From Spirochaetota bacterium (GTDB lineage Bacteria > Spirochaetota > UBA4802 > UBA5368), in contig JADFDB010000003.1 in NCBI GenBank assembly GCA_018263175.1, positions 1-50,170 on the forward strand: DNA of 50,170 nucleotides, read 5' to 3'. Below the pieces are notes generated by a model, which ran no database searches, was not told the DNA's origin, and saw nothing but the letters and a program-made list of their open reading frames with translations. Shown in pieces: positions 7,431 to 17,475 of the stretch (positions are counted from its first letter, which is position 1; every line of letters starts with the position of its first letter). Position numbers and translations under genes: made by a program.

Positions 7431-8984
7431 TCACTTCGTCAGTATGCACTTTCTTGATGAGATGATCACCGAGGGCTCGCGCGCGGCAAGCTCCTCGCGC
7501 ACGGTCTGCTCGAACTCTTCGATGTTTTTGGGATCGACCTTTCGCACCCGCTTCACGCCCACGGCCTTGCACAACAGCTCGAGGTCGAGTTCGTGGGTCG
7601 CTTCGCCCATCAGGGTATGGCCGGTGGCCGGGTTCTCCTGGTGGCCCGTCATGGCGGTCACGCGGTTGTCGAGAATCAGCACGGTGCCGGTCCCCTTGTT
7701 GTAGACGAGGTCGATGAGCGGCGTTATGCCTGAATGTATGAAGGTCGAGTCGCCGATCACGGCGACCGATTTACCCGCCATTTCGGGCCTTGCCTTCTCG
7801 AATCCCGTGTGCATGCCGATGCTCGCGCCCATACAGCCCTGGCTGTGCATCGCCGAATAGGGCGGCAGCACCGCGAGCGTGTAGCAGCCGATGTCGCCGT
7901 TGACGACCACGTCGAGCTTCTTGAGCACCTCGAAGACGAAACCGTGGGGACAGCCCTTGCAGAGCGCGGGCGGCCGTCCCGGGATCTTCGATGTATAGGC
8001 CGGAATATCGGCGGCCGGTCTCTTTTTATTAAGCGCCATGTCCACGATCTCGGGAGTAAGCTCGCCGAGGATCGGAATGAGCTCTTTCCCCGTCACCTTG
8101 AAGCCCATCGCGCGGACATAGTCCTCTATAAACGGATCGAGCTCCTCGACGACGTAGAGCTCCTCGACGCCCGAAGCGAACTCGCGTATCACCCGCTCCG
8201 GCAGGGGCCAGATGAAGCCTATCTTCAGAACGGAGTCCTCGGGACAGACCTCCTTAACGTACTGGTAGGCGACGCCGTCGGTGATGATGCCGCGCTTTCT
8301 GCCCTTCCATTCTATCGAGTTCAGCGGCGAGTTCTCGGAGAATGTCTTCAGCTTCACCATCTGCTCCTCGATGAAGCGGTGGCGCGGCCGCGCGTGCGCC
8401 GGAATCATCACGTACTTCTGGGGATTCCGTTCAAAGGGCTTCAGCGTATTTTCCTTGCGCTCGCCAAGCTCCACCACTCCCTGGGAGTGGGCGATGCGCG
8501 TCGTGATGCGCACGATCACGGGCCGGTCGAACTGTTCGGAGATATCGAACGCTATTTTCGTGTACTCCTTCGCCTCGGCGGGACTCGTGGGCTCGATCAT
8601 CGGGACTTTGGCCGCGCGGGCGTAATGCCGGTTGTCCTGCTCGTTCTGCGAGCTCCATGCGCCGGGGTCGTCCGCGTTGATGATGACAAAGCCGCCGTTG
8701 GCCCCGGTGTACGAGAAGGTAAAGAGCGGATCCGCCGCGACGTTCAGCCCCACGTGCTTCATCGCCGCCATGGAGCGGGCCCCGGCCACCGAGGCCCCGG
8801 CCACCACCTCGAGCGCCACCTTCTCGTTGGGCGACCACTGGGAGTAGATCTCGCGGTAGTCAGCGGCCATTACCTCGAGTATCTCGGTGCTCGGCGTTCC
8901 CGGATACGCGGCCGCCACCGTGCAGCCCGCCTCCCATGCGCCGCGCGCGATGGCCTCGTTTCCCAGCATTAGCTTCTTGGGCAT
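7431..8984 (-). CDS. iorA: Indolepyruvate:ferredoxin oxidoreductase alpha subunit
   Basis: GNEAIARGA, YPGTPSTEI, MKHVGLNVAAD, CKGCPH, GDIGCYTL, GDSTF.HSG and TAMTGHQ motifs. Confidence 0.93.
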   Translation of the reverse strand: MPKKLMLGNEAIARGAWEAGCTVAAAYPGTPSTEILEVMAADYREIYSQWSPNEKVALEVVAGASVAGARSMAAMKHVGLNVAADPLFTFSYTGANGGFVIINADDPGAWSSQNEQDNRHYARAAKVPMIEPTSPAEAKEYTKIAFDISEQFDRPVIVRITTRIAHSQGVVELGERKENTLKPFERNPQKYVMIPAHARPRHRFIEEQMVKLKTFSENSPLNSIEWKGRKRGIITDGVAYQYVKEVCPEDSVLKIGFIWPLPERVIREFASGVEELYVVEELDPFIEDYVRAMGFKVTGKELIPILGELTPEIVDMALNKKRPAADIPAYTSKIPGRPPALCKGCPHGFVFEVLKKLDVVVNGDIGCYTLAVLPPYSAMHSQGCMGASIGMHTGFEKARPEMAGKSVAVIGDSTFIHSGITPLIDLVYNKGTGTVLILDNRVTAMTGHQENPATGHTLMGEATHELDLELLCKAVGVKRVRKVDPKNIEEFEQTVREELAAREPSVIISSRKCILTK

Positions 8985-8987
8985 TGG

Positions 8988-9419
8988 TCATTCTCCGATA
9001 ATGTCGATTTTTTTCACGATCTTGTACCCCTCGCCGGCGAGCGCCTTCTTGGCCGCTTCGATGTCATCAAATCTAAAAATCATGACGGCCCTGTCATTTC
9101 TTTTTTCCGTAAACGCGTACATATACTCGATATTCAACTTATGCCGCGAGAAGGCCTCGAGCGCCTTTTCGAGCTGCCCGGGCTCGTCCGATATCTCGAT
9201 CGCGAGCACCTCGGTCGTGGAGCAGGTGAAGTGGTTTTCCCGGAGGGCCCTCGCCGCCTCGTCGGGATTGTTGACGATCATTCGGACGATTCCGAAATCG
9301 GTGACCTCGGCGATGGTGAGCGTGCGTATGTTGATATTTTTCCCGGCCAGCACCTTGAGCGCGCTCTGGAGCCTGCCCGGCTTGTTTTCGAGGAAGAGTG
9401 AAAGCTGAGTGATGTTCAT
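8988..9419 (-). CDS. ACT domain-containing protein
   Basis: QLSLFLENKPGRL...NIEYMYAF, a tandem ACT protein typical of paaK/ior operons. Confidence 0.9.
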   Translation of the reverse strand: MNITQLSLFLENKPGRLQSALKVLAGKNINIRTLTIAEVTDFGIVRMIVNNPDEAARALRENHFTCSTTEVLAIEISDEPGQLEKALEAFSRHKLNIEYMYAFTEKRNDRAVMIFRFDDIEAAKKALAGEGYKIVKKIDIIGE

Positions 9420-9467
9420 AACCGCCTCCGTTTTCTATGATAATCCGCGCACTTCGCGCGCCCCGGC

Positions 9468-10772
9468 CTACTTCAGTTTGCGCCTGTCGATGACCCTGAC
9501 CGCCTTGCCCTCGCTGCGGGCGAGTGTCCTCGGCTCTACCAGCGTGACCTTTGCCGAGACCCCGAGCACGCTCTGCATCCGCTGCTTGATGCGCGCGGCG
9601 AGCTGGTTCATCACCTTCAGTTCGTCGGAGAAAATCCTCTCGTTCACCTCTACCATCACCTCGATATCGTCGAGCGCATCCTTGCGGTCCACGATGATCT
9701 GGTAATGCGGCTCGGTTCCCTCCACCTCCATCAGCACGGCCTCGATCTGGCTCGGGAACACGTTGACGCCGCGGATAATGAGCATGTCATCGGAACGGCC
9801 GGTCACCTTTTCCATTTTGACGAGCGTCCGGCCGCACGAGCACGGCGTGCGATAGAGCCTGGAGATGTCGCGCGAACGGTAACGGATTACCGGGCAGGCC
9901 TCCTTGGTAAGGGAAGTGTAGACGATCTCGCCCTTCTCTCCCTCCGGAAGCACCTCGCCGCTTTCGGGATCGATGATCTCGACGTAAAAATGGTCCTCGA
10001 AGACGTGCAGGCCCGACTTGGCGCTGCACTCGCATGAAACGCCCGGGCCAATGACCTCGGAGAGCCCGTAGATATCGAATGCCTCAACGCCCATGCGCGT
10101 TTCGATCTCTGAGCGCATCTGCTCGGTCCACGGCTCGGCGCCGAAGATGCCGGCGCGCAGCTTCGTCTTTCGGAAGTCGTAATCGGGCCTGTTCCTCTCG
10201 ACGTGGTCGGCCATGTTGATCGCGTAGCTCGGCGTGCAGGCGAGCATGGTGGTGCCGAAGTCCTTAATCAGCATGAGCTGGCGCTCCGTGTTTCCGCCGG
10301 AGATGGGGACCACGGTCGCGCCGATCCGTTCGGCCCCGTAGTGCGCCCCCAGCCCGCCCGTGAAGAGTCCGTAACCGTAGGCGACCTGGACAACGTCCTT
10401 CGACGAGCCTCCCGCGCAGGCTATCGTGCGCGCCATCACCTCGGCCCAGATATCGATATCGTTTCTGGTATAGCCGGCCACGGTGGCATTGCCGGTGGTC
10501 CCCGACGAGGAATGTATGCGAACGACCTTTTCCATAGGAACCGCGAAAAGCCCGAAGGGGTACGCGTCCCTCATGTTCTGCTTCATTAAAAAAGGCACCC
10601 GTCGCAGATCGTCGAGCGACTGTATCTGCTCGGGCTTGAAGCCCGCGGCATCGAACGACTGCCGGTAGAAAGGGACATTGTCGTAGGCGTGCTTCACCGA
10701 CCATCGCAGCCGCTCGAGCTGGACCTCTCTCAGCTTTGACACCTGCATCGCTTCATATTCCTTGTTAAACAT
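9468..10772 (-). CDS. paaK: Phenylacetate--CoA ligase
   Basis: [33 protein letters not shown] and [20 protein letters not shown] motifs. Confidence 0.93.
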   Translation of the reverse strand: MFNKEYEAMQVSKLREVQLERLRWSVKHAYDNVPFYRQSFDAAGFKPEQIQSLDDLRRVPFLMKQNMRDAYPFGLFAVPMEKVVRIHSSSGTTGNATVAGYTRNDIDIWAEVMARTIACAGGSSKDVVQVAYGYGLFTGGLGAHYGAERIGATVVPISGGNTERQLMLIKDFGTTMLACTPSYAINMADHVERNRPDYDFRKTKLRAGIFGAEPWTEQMRSEIETRMGVEAFDIYGLSEVIGPGVSCECSAKSGLHVFEDHFYVEIIDPESGEVLPEGEKGEIVYTSLTKEACPVIRYRSRDISRLYRTPCSCGRTLVKMEKVTGRSDDMLIIRGVNVFPSQIEAVLMEVEGTEPHYQIIVDRKDALDDIEVMVEVNERIFSDELKVMNQLAARIKQRMQSVLGVSAKVTLVEPRTLARSEGKAVRVIDRRKLK

Positions 10773-10988
10773 GACCTTGCCTCGCACCGACGGTAGTTAT
10801 ATCCGCTTCTCGCGCGCCCGTATTGCGACAATTCCGGCCGCTATCTTTATTAAGAAGGAGGGAGCGCAGCGTAGAGATTATTTTAGAATTTGTCAATCGA
10901 AAGTGGCCATTAATTTATAAATATTCAATGACACTGCAAACGGCGGGAGAAAAACCGGTCATCCCCGAGTCATACACCGTGCGATCAA

Positions 10989-11043
10989 TAGAGTTGTTTC
11001 ATAACTGGGAAACCTGCTATTCGCGAGATATGAAACAAGTCTA
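10989..11043. repeat. Short (55-bp) copy of the MITE/REP-like element without the central hairpin, copy 3
   Basis: TAGAGTTGTTTCATA...TATGAAACAAGTCTA inverted ends (14/15 match). Confidence 0.7.
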
Positions 11044-11216
11044 ATATACAAAAAATACTATATGTAATTATTCATTATTACATCTTAATTTATTTTTTCG
11101 TTGTAATTACAAACAGGTGCTTTAAATTTCGTATAAAAGCTGCCCTGTCGGAAACGGGCCGCCGACGTGCCCGGCACTGATCCAATCCGGCCACATCATC
11201 GATCAGGGAGCGCTCC

Positions 11217-12596
11217 ATGGACAAGTTCTTCAACCCCTCATCCGTCGTCGTAATCGGCTCATCGAACTCTCCCTTCAACCTCGGCGCGACGATTTCGAAC
11301 ATCCTCGGGTATCTCGGCTATAAGGGCGATCTGTACGTCGTCAATTCGAAGGGCGAGGATGTTCACGGCTCCCGTGGCTTCAAATCGGTGTTGGACATAC
11401 CCGGCGAGATCGAGCTTGCGGTCATACTCGCGCCGGCAAGGGTAGCCCCCGCCGTAATCAAAGAGTGCGGGGAAAAGGGAATCCGTCACCTCGTCATCGA
11501 GACGGCTGAATTCTCCGAGGCGGGAGAGGAGGGGAAACGCCTTCAGAAAGAGGTAAGCGAATACGCCGGGGAATACGGCATGCGTTTCCTCGGCCCCAAC
11601 TGCCTGGGCACAATCAACGCCCACAACAAGTTCTGCTGTTTCTTCGGCATCATCCCCGGCATGTACGACGAGGTTTTCGACCGGCCGGGCTCCATCTCTT
11701 ACGTCATCCAGAGCGGCGGCGTGGGTGCGCTCATCATCGACTCGTTCCGCAAGGACATCACGAACGTCAACAAGATGGTATCGATCGGCAACAAGGAGGA
11801 CGTGGACGAGGCCGACCTCATCGAATACTTCAACGGCGACAACACCGAGGTGATCTGCCTCTATCTCGAGAACGTCAAAAACGGCCGGAAACTCCTCGAG
11901 ACGGCAAAGCGCGTGAGCAAGCCCGTGCTCGTCTACAAGGTCGGCCGCACCGGCGAGGGGTCGAAGGCCGCGATGTCCCACACCGCGGGAATGGCCAATA
12001 ACGACGTCATATTCGAGAGCGCCTGCAGACAGGCGGGGATCGTGCGCCTCAAGTCGATCTCCGAGCTGTACACGCTTCCGAAGATCTTCACCAGTATGCC
12101 GCTCATGAAAGGCAGGCGCGTGGCGGTCTTCACGAACTCGGGCGCCTTCGGCGGCATAACGGCCGACCTCATTGTGGAAAGCGGCCTCGAGATGGCGTCG
12201 TTCTCCGAGGAGACCAGGGAGCGGCTGCGCTCCACGGCCAAGCTTTTCAACGTTTCCAATCCCGTGGACCTTGGACCGACGCTCGGCAAACAGACCTTCA
12301 TCGACATCTGGGACGCGATCCTCTCGTCCGACTCGGTGGACGGGCTTCTCGCCGTCCCCAACGTGTGGCAGAAGGTCGTCGTCGAAGCAATCTGCGAGCT
12401 CGGGGAGATCTGTAAAAAATACGACAAGCCGGCCGCCATCTACATCCCGAACGCGATCGAGCGCATTCTCTCCATCCGGACCGAGTTCAATCTTCCGATC
12501 TTCGAATCACCCGAAGAGGCCACGCGGGCGCTCACGGTCTCGTACCAGCACTTCAGGTCGCTCGGGAAGAAAGCGAAGGAGGCCCTGGCGGTTTAA
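11217..12596 (+). CDS. Acyl-CoA synthetase (NDP-forming) alpha-subunit family, CoA-binding protein
   Basis: FNPSSVVVIGSS, GPNCLG, QSGG, SIGNKED and SHTAG phospho-His; NPVD. No ATP-grasp domain. Confidence 0.88.
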   Translation: MDKFFNPSSVVVIGSSNSPFNLGATISNILGYLGYKGDLYVVNSKGEDVHGSRGFKSVLDIPGEIELAVILAPARVAPAVIKECGEKGIRHLVIETAEFSEAGEEGKRLQKEVSEYAGEYGMRFLGPNCLGTINAHNKFCCFFGIIPGMYDEVFDRPGSISYVIQSGGVGALIIDSFRKDITNVNKMVSIGNKEDVDEADLIEYFNGDNTEVICLYLENVKNGRKLLETAKRVSKPVLVYKVGRTGEGSKAAMSHTAGMANNDVIFESACRQAGIVRLKSISELYTLPKIFTSMPLMKGRRVAVFTNSGAFGGITADLIVESGLEMASFSEETRERLRSTAKLFNVSNPVDLGPTLGKQTFIDIWDAILSSDSVDGLLAVPNVWQKVVVEAICELGEICKKYDKPAAIYIPNAIERILSIRTEFNLPIFESPEEATRALTVSYQHFRSLGKKAKEALAV

Positions 12597-13389
12597 GGGG
12601 CGGGGCCGCGAGCGCCGTTTTTCTTAAAACATCCGGACGGTTTGAAAAGATGCCGCCGACGCCCATTGCGATGAGGCGCCGCATCGTCTTTTCATCGTCG
12701 ACGGCATAGATGTTCACCGGCACCTCATGGGCGGTGCAGTCCGCCATCCATTTCGCATGGATCTCGTCCTTCCCGCAGTTGAACGCATCCGCGCGGAGGT
12801 GCTCCACGATCGCCGCCGGCGTCTGTGTGCGCAGATAAAAGCGGTCATCATAGAGGACCGCCGTCGCCGCCGACGGATCGATGATTTTACAGTGCAAAAG
12901 CGCCCTCGGATCGAAGCTCGAAAAGACCACATGCTCCTCCATCCCATGCCGGTAGACCAGGTCGACGCAGAGCTCCTCGATCCCACCGAGCACCATGTCC
13001 TGCACCGCTCCAGGTTTTATCTCGATGTTCAGCGCGATCCGGCCGGCACACAGTTCCAGCACCTCCTCGAGCGTCGGAATGCGCTCGCCCCGTGCGGCTT
13101 TGAACTGGTAGCCGAAATCGAAGTGTTTGAGCTCGGCCAGCGTATAATGCGCAACCCGGCCGCTGCCGCCCGTTGCGCGCCGGATGTGCTCATTGTGCAC
13201 CACGACCGGCACGCCGTCACGCGAGAGCAGCACATCGATCTCGGCCATCTCCGCGTCCATGTCGATGGCGCCTTCAAGCGCGAGCAGCGTATTCTCCGGG
13301 AAATAGGCCGAGGCGCCGCGGTGTGCAATTACCGCAAAGCCCTCCCGTGCGGGCTTTTTGTACGAGAGCGTGTGGAAGGGACGTCCCAT
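12553..13389 (-). CDS. Glycerophosphodiester phosphodiesterase
   Basis: IAHRGAS..PENT, EIDV, IPTLEEVL and NIEIK motifs; start at 13389 has a GAGGAGG SD. Confidence 0.9.
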   Translation of the reverse strand: MGRPFHTLSYKKPAREGFAVIAHRGASAYFPENTLLALEGAIDMDAEMAEIDVLLSRDGVPVVVHNEHIRRATGGSGRVAHYTLAELKHFDFGYQFKAARGERIPTLEEVLELCAGRIALNIEIKPGAVQDMVLGGIEELCVDLVYRHGMEEHVVFSSFDPRALLHCKIIDPSAATAVLYDDRFYLRTQTPAAIVEHLRADAFNCGKDEIHAKWMADCTAHEVPVNIYAVDDEKTMRRLIAMGVGGIFSNRPDVLRKTALAAPPLKPPGPPSLSSRAT

Positions 13390-13413
13390 CGGCGGCCTCC
13401 TCAAAATTCCCAT

Positions 13414-13502
13414 TAGAGTTTTTGCATAACCTGGAACCAGTGCCGGTTTTTCCCCGCCGCAGGCGGGGAAAAACCGATATCCCGGGATTCGCAACAAGTC
13501 TG
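13414..13502. repeat. ~90-bp MITE/REP-like element, copy 4 (inverted relative to copy 1)
   Basis: TAGAGTTTTTGCA...CGCAACAAGTCTG; perfect stem CGGTTTTTCCCCGCC-GCA-GGCGGGGAAAAACCG. Confidence 0.8.
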
Positions 13503-13623
13503 TTTATGAAATCACTATCGTCCACCGCCGAAAAGACTTGCAATCACAAAACATGCGGGCCTACGCTCACAGGCGTCCGGGAGAGGCATGTCCCGGCCCA
13601 ACTTCACACGGAGGTTCCGATCG

Positions 13624-14124
13624 ATGACCGCCGGGGAAATAATCAGCATGCTGCGCCTCGAAGCACACCCCGAAGGGGGCTATTTTACGGAGACCTATCG
13701 TTCGGGCGAATCGGTCGCGCGCGCTCATCTGCCGTCGCGGTACGGCGGGAACCGGCCGTTCGGCACGGCCATCTACTACCTGCTTACGCCCGACAGCTTT
13801 TCATCGATGCACCGGCTGTCGAGCGACGAGATTTTCCATTTTTACCTGGGAGACCCGGTCGAGCTGCTCGAGCTTCATCCGGATGGGCGGGGCGAAATCA
13901 TTCTTCTGGGCTCCGGCCTCGCGAAGGGCATGGCGCCGCAGGCGGTCGTTCCCGCCGGGGTGTGGCAGGGAGCGCGTCTCGTGCCGGGGGGTACGTATGC
14001 GCTCCTCGGGACCACCGTGGCGCCGGGATTCGATTTCGGCGATTTCGAAATCGGCGTACGCGCGGCGCTCATCGAACGCCACTCGTCGAGCGCCGAACTC
14101 ATAACGGCGCTCACGCGGGAATGA
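13624..14124 (+). CDS. Cupin_5 / DUF985 family protein
   Basis: L.LEAHPEGGYF.ETYRS, TAIYYLL, HRL.SDEIFHFY.G and VAPGFDF.DF motifs; alternative start 13588. Confidence 0.9.
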   Translation: MTAGEIISMLRLEAHPEGGYFTETYRSGESVARAHLPSRYGGNRPFGTAIYYLLTPDSFSSMHRLSSDEIFHFYLGDPVELLELHPDGRGEIILLGSGLAKGMAPQAVVPAGVWQGARLVPGGTYALLGTTVAPGFDFGDFEIGVRAALIERHSSSAELITALTRE

Positions 14125-14134
14125 GGGCCTGCCG

Positions 14135-15697
14135 CTACTCCTGGGCCAGTACCTGCTCCTTGAGTGAATCGGCGACGGACTCGACGTTTTTGGCGCTCTT
14201 CGACAGCCGCTCCGCTCCCGCCGCGTAGGACTGGGTGAGCTCGTTGACGCTCGCCACGGAGCGCACGATCTCGGTAACCGCGGTCTTCTGCTCCTCGGTG
14301 CTGTTCTTAATCTCATCCGAGCGCTGCTTTACCTTGGCCGCCTCCGCGTTCACGTCGACGTTTATCGCCTGCTGTTCACGCATCTGCCCGGTCAGGGACT
14401 CCATCATGGTGCTTATCGTGTTCACGCCCTCGATGATGCTCCGTATGACCGCCACCGTTTCATCGACGTTGCGCATGCCGTTTCCGATCTCGTTGTTGTT
14501 TCCCTTTATGAGCCGGTCGATCTCCTTGAGGCTGTCGGCCGTCCGGTCCGCGAGCTTCGAGATCTCGTCGGCGACGACCGCGAATCCCCTTCCGGCCTCG
14601 CCCGCGCGCGCGGCCTCGATCGTTGCGTTGAGCGAGAGCAGGTTGATCTGGTCCGATATCCCGTTGATGATCTCCACGATCCCGGTCATTTCCCTGGAGC
14701 TGTCACCGATCTTCCGCATGCTGCCACTCATGTCACCGAGCGTGCGGTCACCCTCCTTCGCGTTGGCGGCGATATTACCCGTCAGCATGACCGCCTCGGA
14801 GATGTCAGTCCCCATCGAGTCGATGGTCCTGGAGAGCTCGTCCATCTTGGCGACGAGCGCCGAGAGGCTCTGAAACTGCTCCCCGGCGCGGAGCGCGACC
14901 TGGTCCACACCGGCCGACACCTCCTCGATCGTGGCCATGATCTCCTCGGCCGACGCCGCCTGGTTCTGTGAATACTCCGAGAACGAGCTCGATGTCGACG
15001 AAAGATCCTCGACCGAATCGGCCAGCCGCTGTGAGGTTTCGCGGACCGACCCGAGCAGGTTGCCTATCTTCCCGTAGCTCTCTTCGCTTTGCCTGCGGTC
15101 CTCGTCGGATTTTTCAATCGCCTGCTCGGTGATGCGCAGAACGAGATACGACAGAATGAAGGTAAAGATGATGACAAAACTGCTGTCCACCATGCCGACC
15201 TTGGCGGCCTTGAGGCTTATCGGATCGAGTTTGTCCCGTACGAGAAAAAAGAAGGATATATCGCTTGCGAGAAAGAGCGCGGTGAAGCCGAAGATCCACT
15301 TGCGTTCGCAGAAGAGCATCGCCTGTACGATGAGCGCGATCATGAAGTAGATAAAGGTGGCATACCCCGCGTAGGCGTCGCGGTTGACCTTCGCGAAAAG
15401 CCCCGCCGTCACGGCAAGCGAGGCGACCGCCGTGATGAGGTTGGCGGCCCCGTGGTAGTGCCCCGTTTTTAGCAGGATCAGCGTGATGACGGCGGCGCCC
15501 GCCACGGCGAAGATGACGGCGTTCGCCTGCACCAGTATCTCCGGAAGGAGCAGGGCGAACACGCCCGACAGGCCTAACACCAGTATGCCGAGCGAGATGG
15601 TATAATACAGCAGCGTCTGCGCCTTCTTCTGTATCAAAAACGGCGCATCGTTATATCTCGAAAGGAAGAAACGCTTCAGGAAGCTTTCACGGGCCAT
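14135..15697 (-). CDS. Methyl-accepting chemotaxis protein
   Basis: About 6 N-terminal TM helices; [33 protein letters not shown] signalling domain. Confidence 0.95.
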   Translation of the reverse strand: MARESFLKRFFLSRYNDAPFLIQKKAQTLLYYTISLGILVLGLSGVFALLLPEILVQANAVIFAVAGAAVITLILLKTGHYHGAANLITAVASLAVTAGLFAKVNRDAYAGYATFIYFMIALIVQAMLFCERKWIFGFTALFLASDISFFFLVRDKLDPISLKAAKVGMVDSSFVIIFTFILSYLVLRITEQAIEKSDEDRRQSEESYGKIGNLLGSVRETSQRLADSVEDLSSTSSSFSEYSQNQAASAEEIMATIEEVSAGVDQVALRAGEQFQSLSALVAKMDELSRTIDSMGTDISEAVMLTGNIAANAKEGDRTLGDMSGSMRKIGDSSREMTGIVEIINGISDQINLLSLNATIEAARAGEAGRGFAVVADEISKLADRTADSLKEIDRLIKGNNNEIGNGMRNVDETVAVIRSIIEGVNTISTMMESLTGQMREQQAINVDVNAEAAKVKQRSDEIKNSTEEQKTAVTEIVRSVASVNELTQSYAAGAERLSKSAKNVESVADSLKEQVLAQE

Positions 15698-15964
15698 CGG
15701 TTAACCCCTTGTATCATAAGGATGAACGGGTGTCTCACTCCGCAGATGGAGCGCGTTCCAGGCTGTCGGCACCCGGCTGCTATTTATACCTGCAACACGG
15801 CACGGGTATTGTACGATGGTCGCGTCAGTGCTGTCAACCTGAATTGGCGGCTCTATATGGTACAAAACAAAACCTCTCCGGCCGCGAGCATCGCGCATTC
15901 GGCGTGCGGAGCCGCCGGGAAAATATACTTTACAGCACCGCCTCGCGCCGGCAACCTCCCCGGC

Positions 15965-16624
15965 ATGGGTGAAATAAAAAAATTCGACGCCGTCGTCTTC
16001 GACCTCGATGGAACCCTGCTCTATACCCTGCAGGATATCGCTGACTCGGTCAACGCCGCGCTGGTGGACGAGGGGCTTGCCCCCCACCCGGTTGACCGCT
16101 ATCGCCTGATGGTCGGCAACGGCATGGACGTCCTCGTGGAGCGGGCCATAGCCGGCCGCCTCGACACTGCCGCGGCGGTCGCCCGCTGCCGGGAGCGGGC
16201 GCAAAGCGAGTACGCACGCCGCTACAACGTGACAAGCCGGCCCTACGACGGAATCCGTCCGCTCCTCGGCGAACTCGCCGCGCGCGGGGTGAAGATGGCC
16301 GTGCTTTCGAACAAGCCCGACGGGTACACGACAACCATCATACGGGAATACCTCGACGGGTATTTTTCGGTCGTACGGGGGGCACGTCCCGACCGGCCCA
16401 AAAAGCCCGACCCCGCGCAGGTGCTCGAGATACTCGACGCACTCGGCGTCGAGGCCGGGCGCGCCGTCATGCTCGGTGACAGCGGGAGCGATATGGAAAC
16501 CGCACGGGGCGCGGGCATGTTCCCGGCGGGCGCCCTGTGGGGTTTTCGCGGCGCCGACGAGCTCCGTTCCTCCGGCGCCCTGACGCTCATCGAACATCCC
16601 CTGGACCTGCTCGGGCTGTTATAA
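15965..16624 (+). CDS. HAD family hydrolase (phosphoglycolate phosphatase-like)
   Basis: FDLDGTL, LSNK, KPDP and GDS..D motifs. Confidence 0.9.
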   Translation: MGEIKKFDAVVFDLDGTLLYTLQDIADSVNAALVDEGLAPHPVDRYRLMVGNGMDVLVERAIAGRLDTAAAVARCRERAQSEYARRYNVTSRPYDGIRPLLGELAARGVKMAVLSNKPDGYTTTIIREYLDGYFSVVRGARPDRPKKPDPAQVLEILDALGVEAGRAVMLGDSGSDMETARGAGMFPAGALWGFRGADELRSSGALTLIEHPLDLLGLL

Positions 16625-16735
16625 ACGACCGCGGGCGCCACATTTGGACTTGACTTCGGCCCCAAACCGGCCTCATACTGAGCTCTTCGGGCGGCCGCCG
16701 CCGCTATATCAATTCCCGCCCGCTATACACGGACC

Positions 16736-17473
16736 ATGACCCCTTTGATTGTGCTTGCCGCCTTCTTCTTTCTGGAGGCCTTTCTCCGGAGGATGCCCGC
16801 GCGCATTTTTAAAAGCGTCTGCTGGGAGAGGCCCGCGCGCCGCGATGGAAAGCTGACCATCGCCATCGTCGAAATGGGGGCCGACGATTCTTTCCCGCAG
16901 TTGTGGCGGAGCGTCGGGCACTTTGTCGAAGAGCACGCCGATGTCAACATCGAGGTCGTTCCGTTCCGCGAGGCGGGCAAAGGCGTGCTTACGGGGTACG
17001 CGCCCGCGGCGATCGTGCTCACCGGCTATCACCAGGAGCTTTCGGCCTACCACCCGGGCGAGATGAACGGGCTCCTCGACTTTCTTCGAACGACCCGGCT
17101 ACCGGTATTCGGCATCTGCGGCGGTTTCCAGTTCATGGCGCGGGCATTCGGGGCCGATATCGTGGAGATAGGTTTCGAGGAACGGGGCTATACCCCCCTC
17201 CATCTCCACACCGACGATCCCCTTTTCGGTGGACTTGGCGCGCGGCCCGTGGTATACAACCGGCACCGGATGACGATCGGCGAGGTGCCGGGGGCATTCA
17301 GCCTGCTGGCCGAAAGCGACGCCTGCGTGCAGGCGATCCGGCACCGCGAGCGTCCGCTCTACGGCGTCCAGTTTCACCCGGAATACGCCGATCGGCGGCA
17401 CGCCGACAGCATCGCGATGTTCGGGAACTTTCTGACGATTGCCGGACTCAAAACAAGACCGCGGGGAGATTGA
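16736..17473 (+). CDS. Class I glutamine amidotransferase-like protein
   Basis: GICGGFQ nucleophile elbow and QFHPE His-Glu; hydrophobic N-terminus. Confidence 0.85.
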   Translation: MTPLIVLAAFFFLEAFLRRMPARIFKSVCWERPARRDGKLTIAIVEMGADDSFPQLWRSVGHFVEEHADVNIEVVPFREAGKGVLTGYAPAAIVLTGYHQELSAYHPGEMNGLLDFLRTTRLPVFGICGGFQFMARAFGADIVEIGFEERGYTPLHLHTDDPLFGGLGARPVVYNRHRMTIGEVPGAFSLLAESDACVQAIRHRERPLYGVQFHPEYADRRHADSIAMFGNFLTIAGLKTRPRGD

Positions 17474-17475
17474 TT

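Noticed and set aside
13390-13497. N-terminal extension of the glycerophosphodiesterase
   Set aside because: It is translated repeat-element sequence; a strong SD supports the start at 13389.
15760-15790. Sigma28 promoter for the MCP gene
   Set aside because: GCCGACAG is present but the spacing to TAAA is 12 nt rather than ~15; a sigma70-like TTGACA-18-TACAAT (15837-15808) fits at least as well.
16903-17475. N-terminal extension making a 652-aa ALDH
   Set aside because: It overlaps the GATase gene in another frame and is low-complexity Arg-rich; the real start is ATG 17476.
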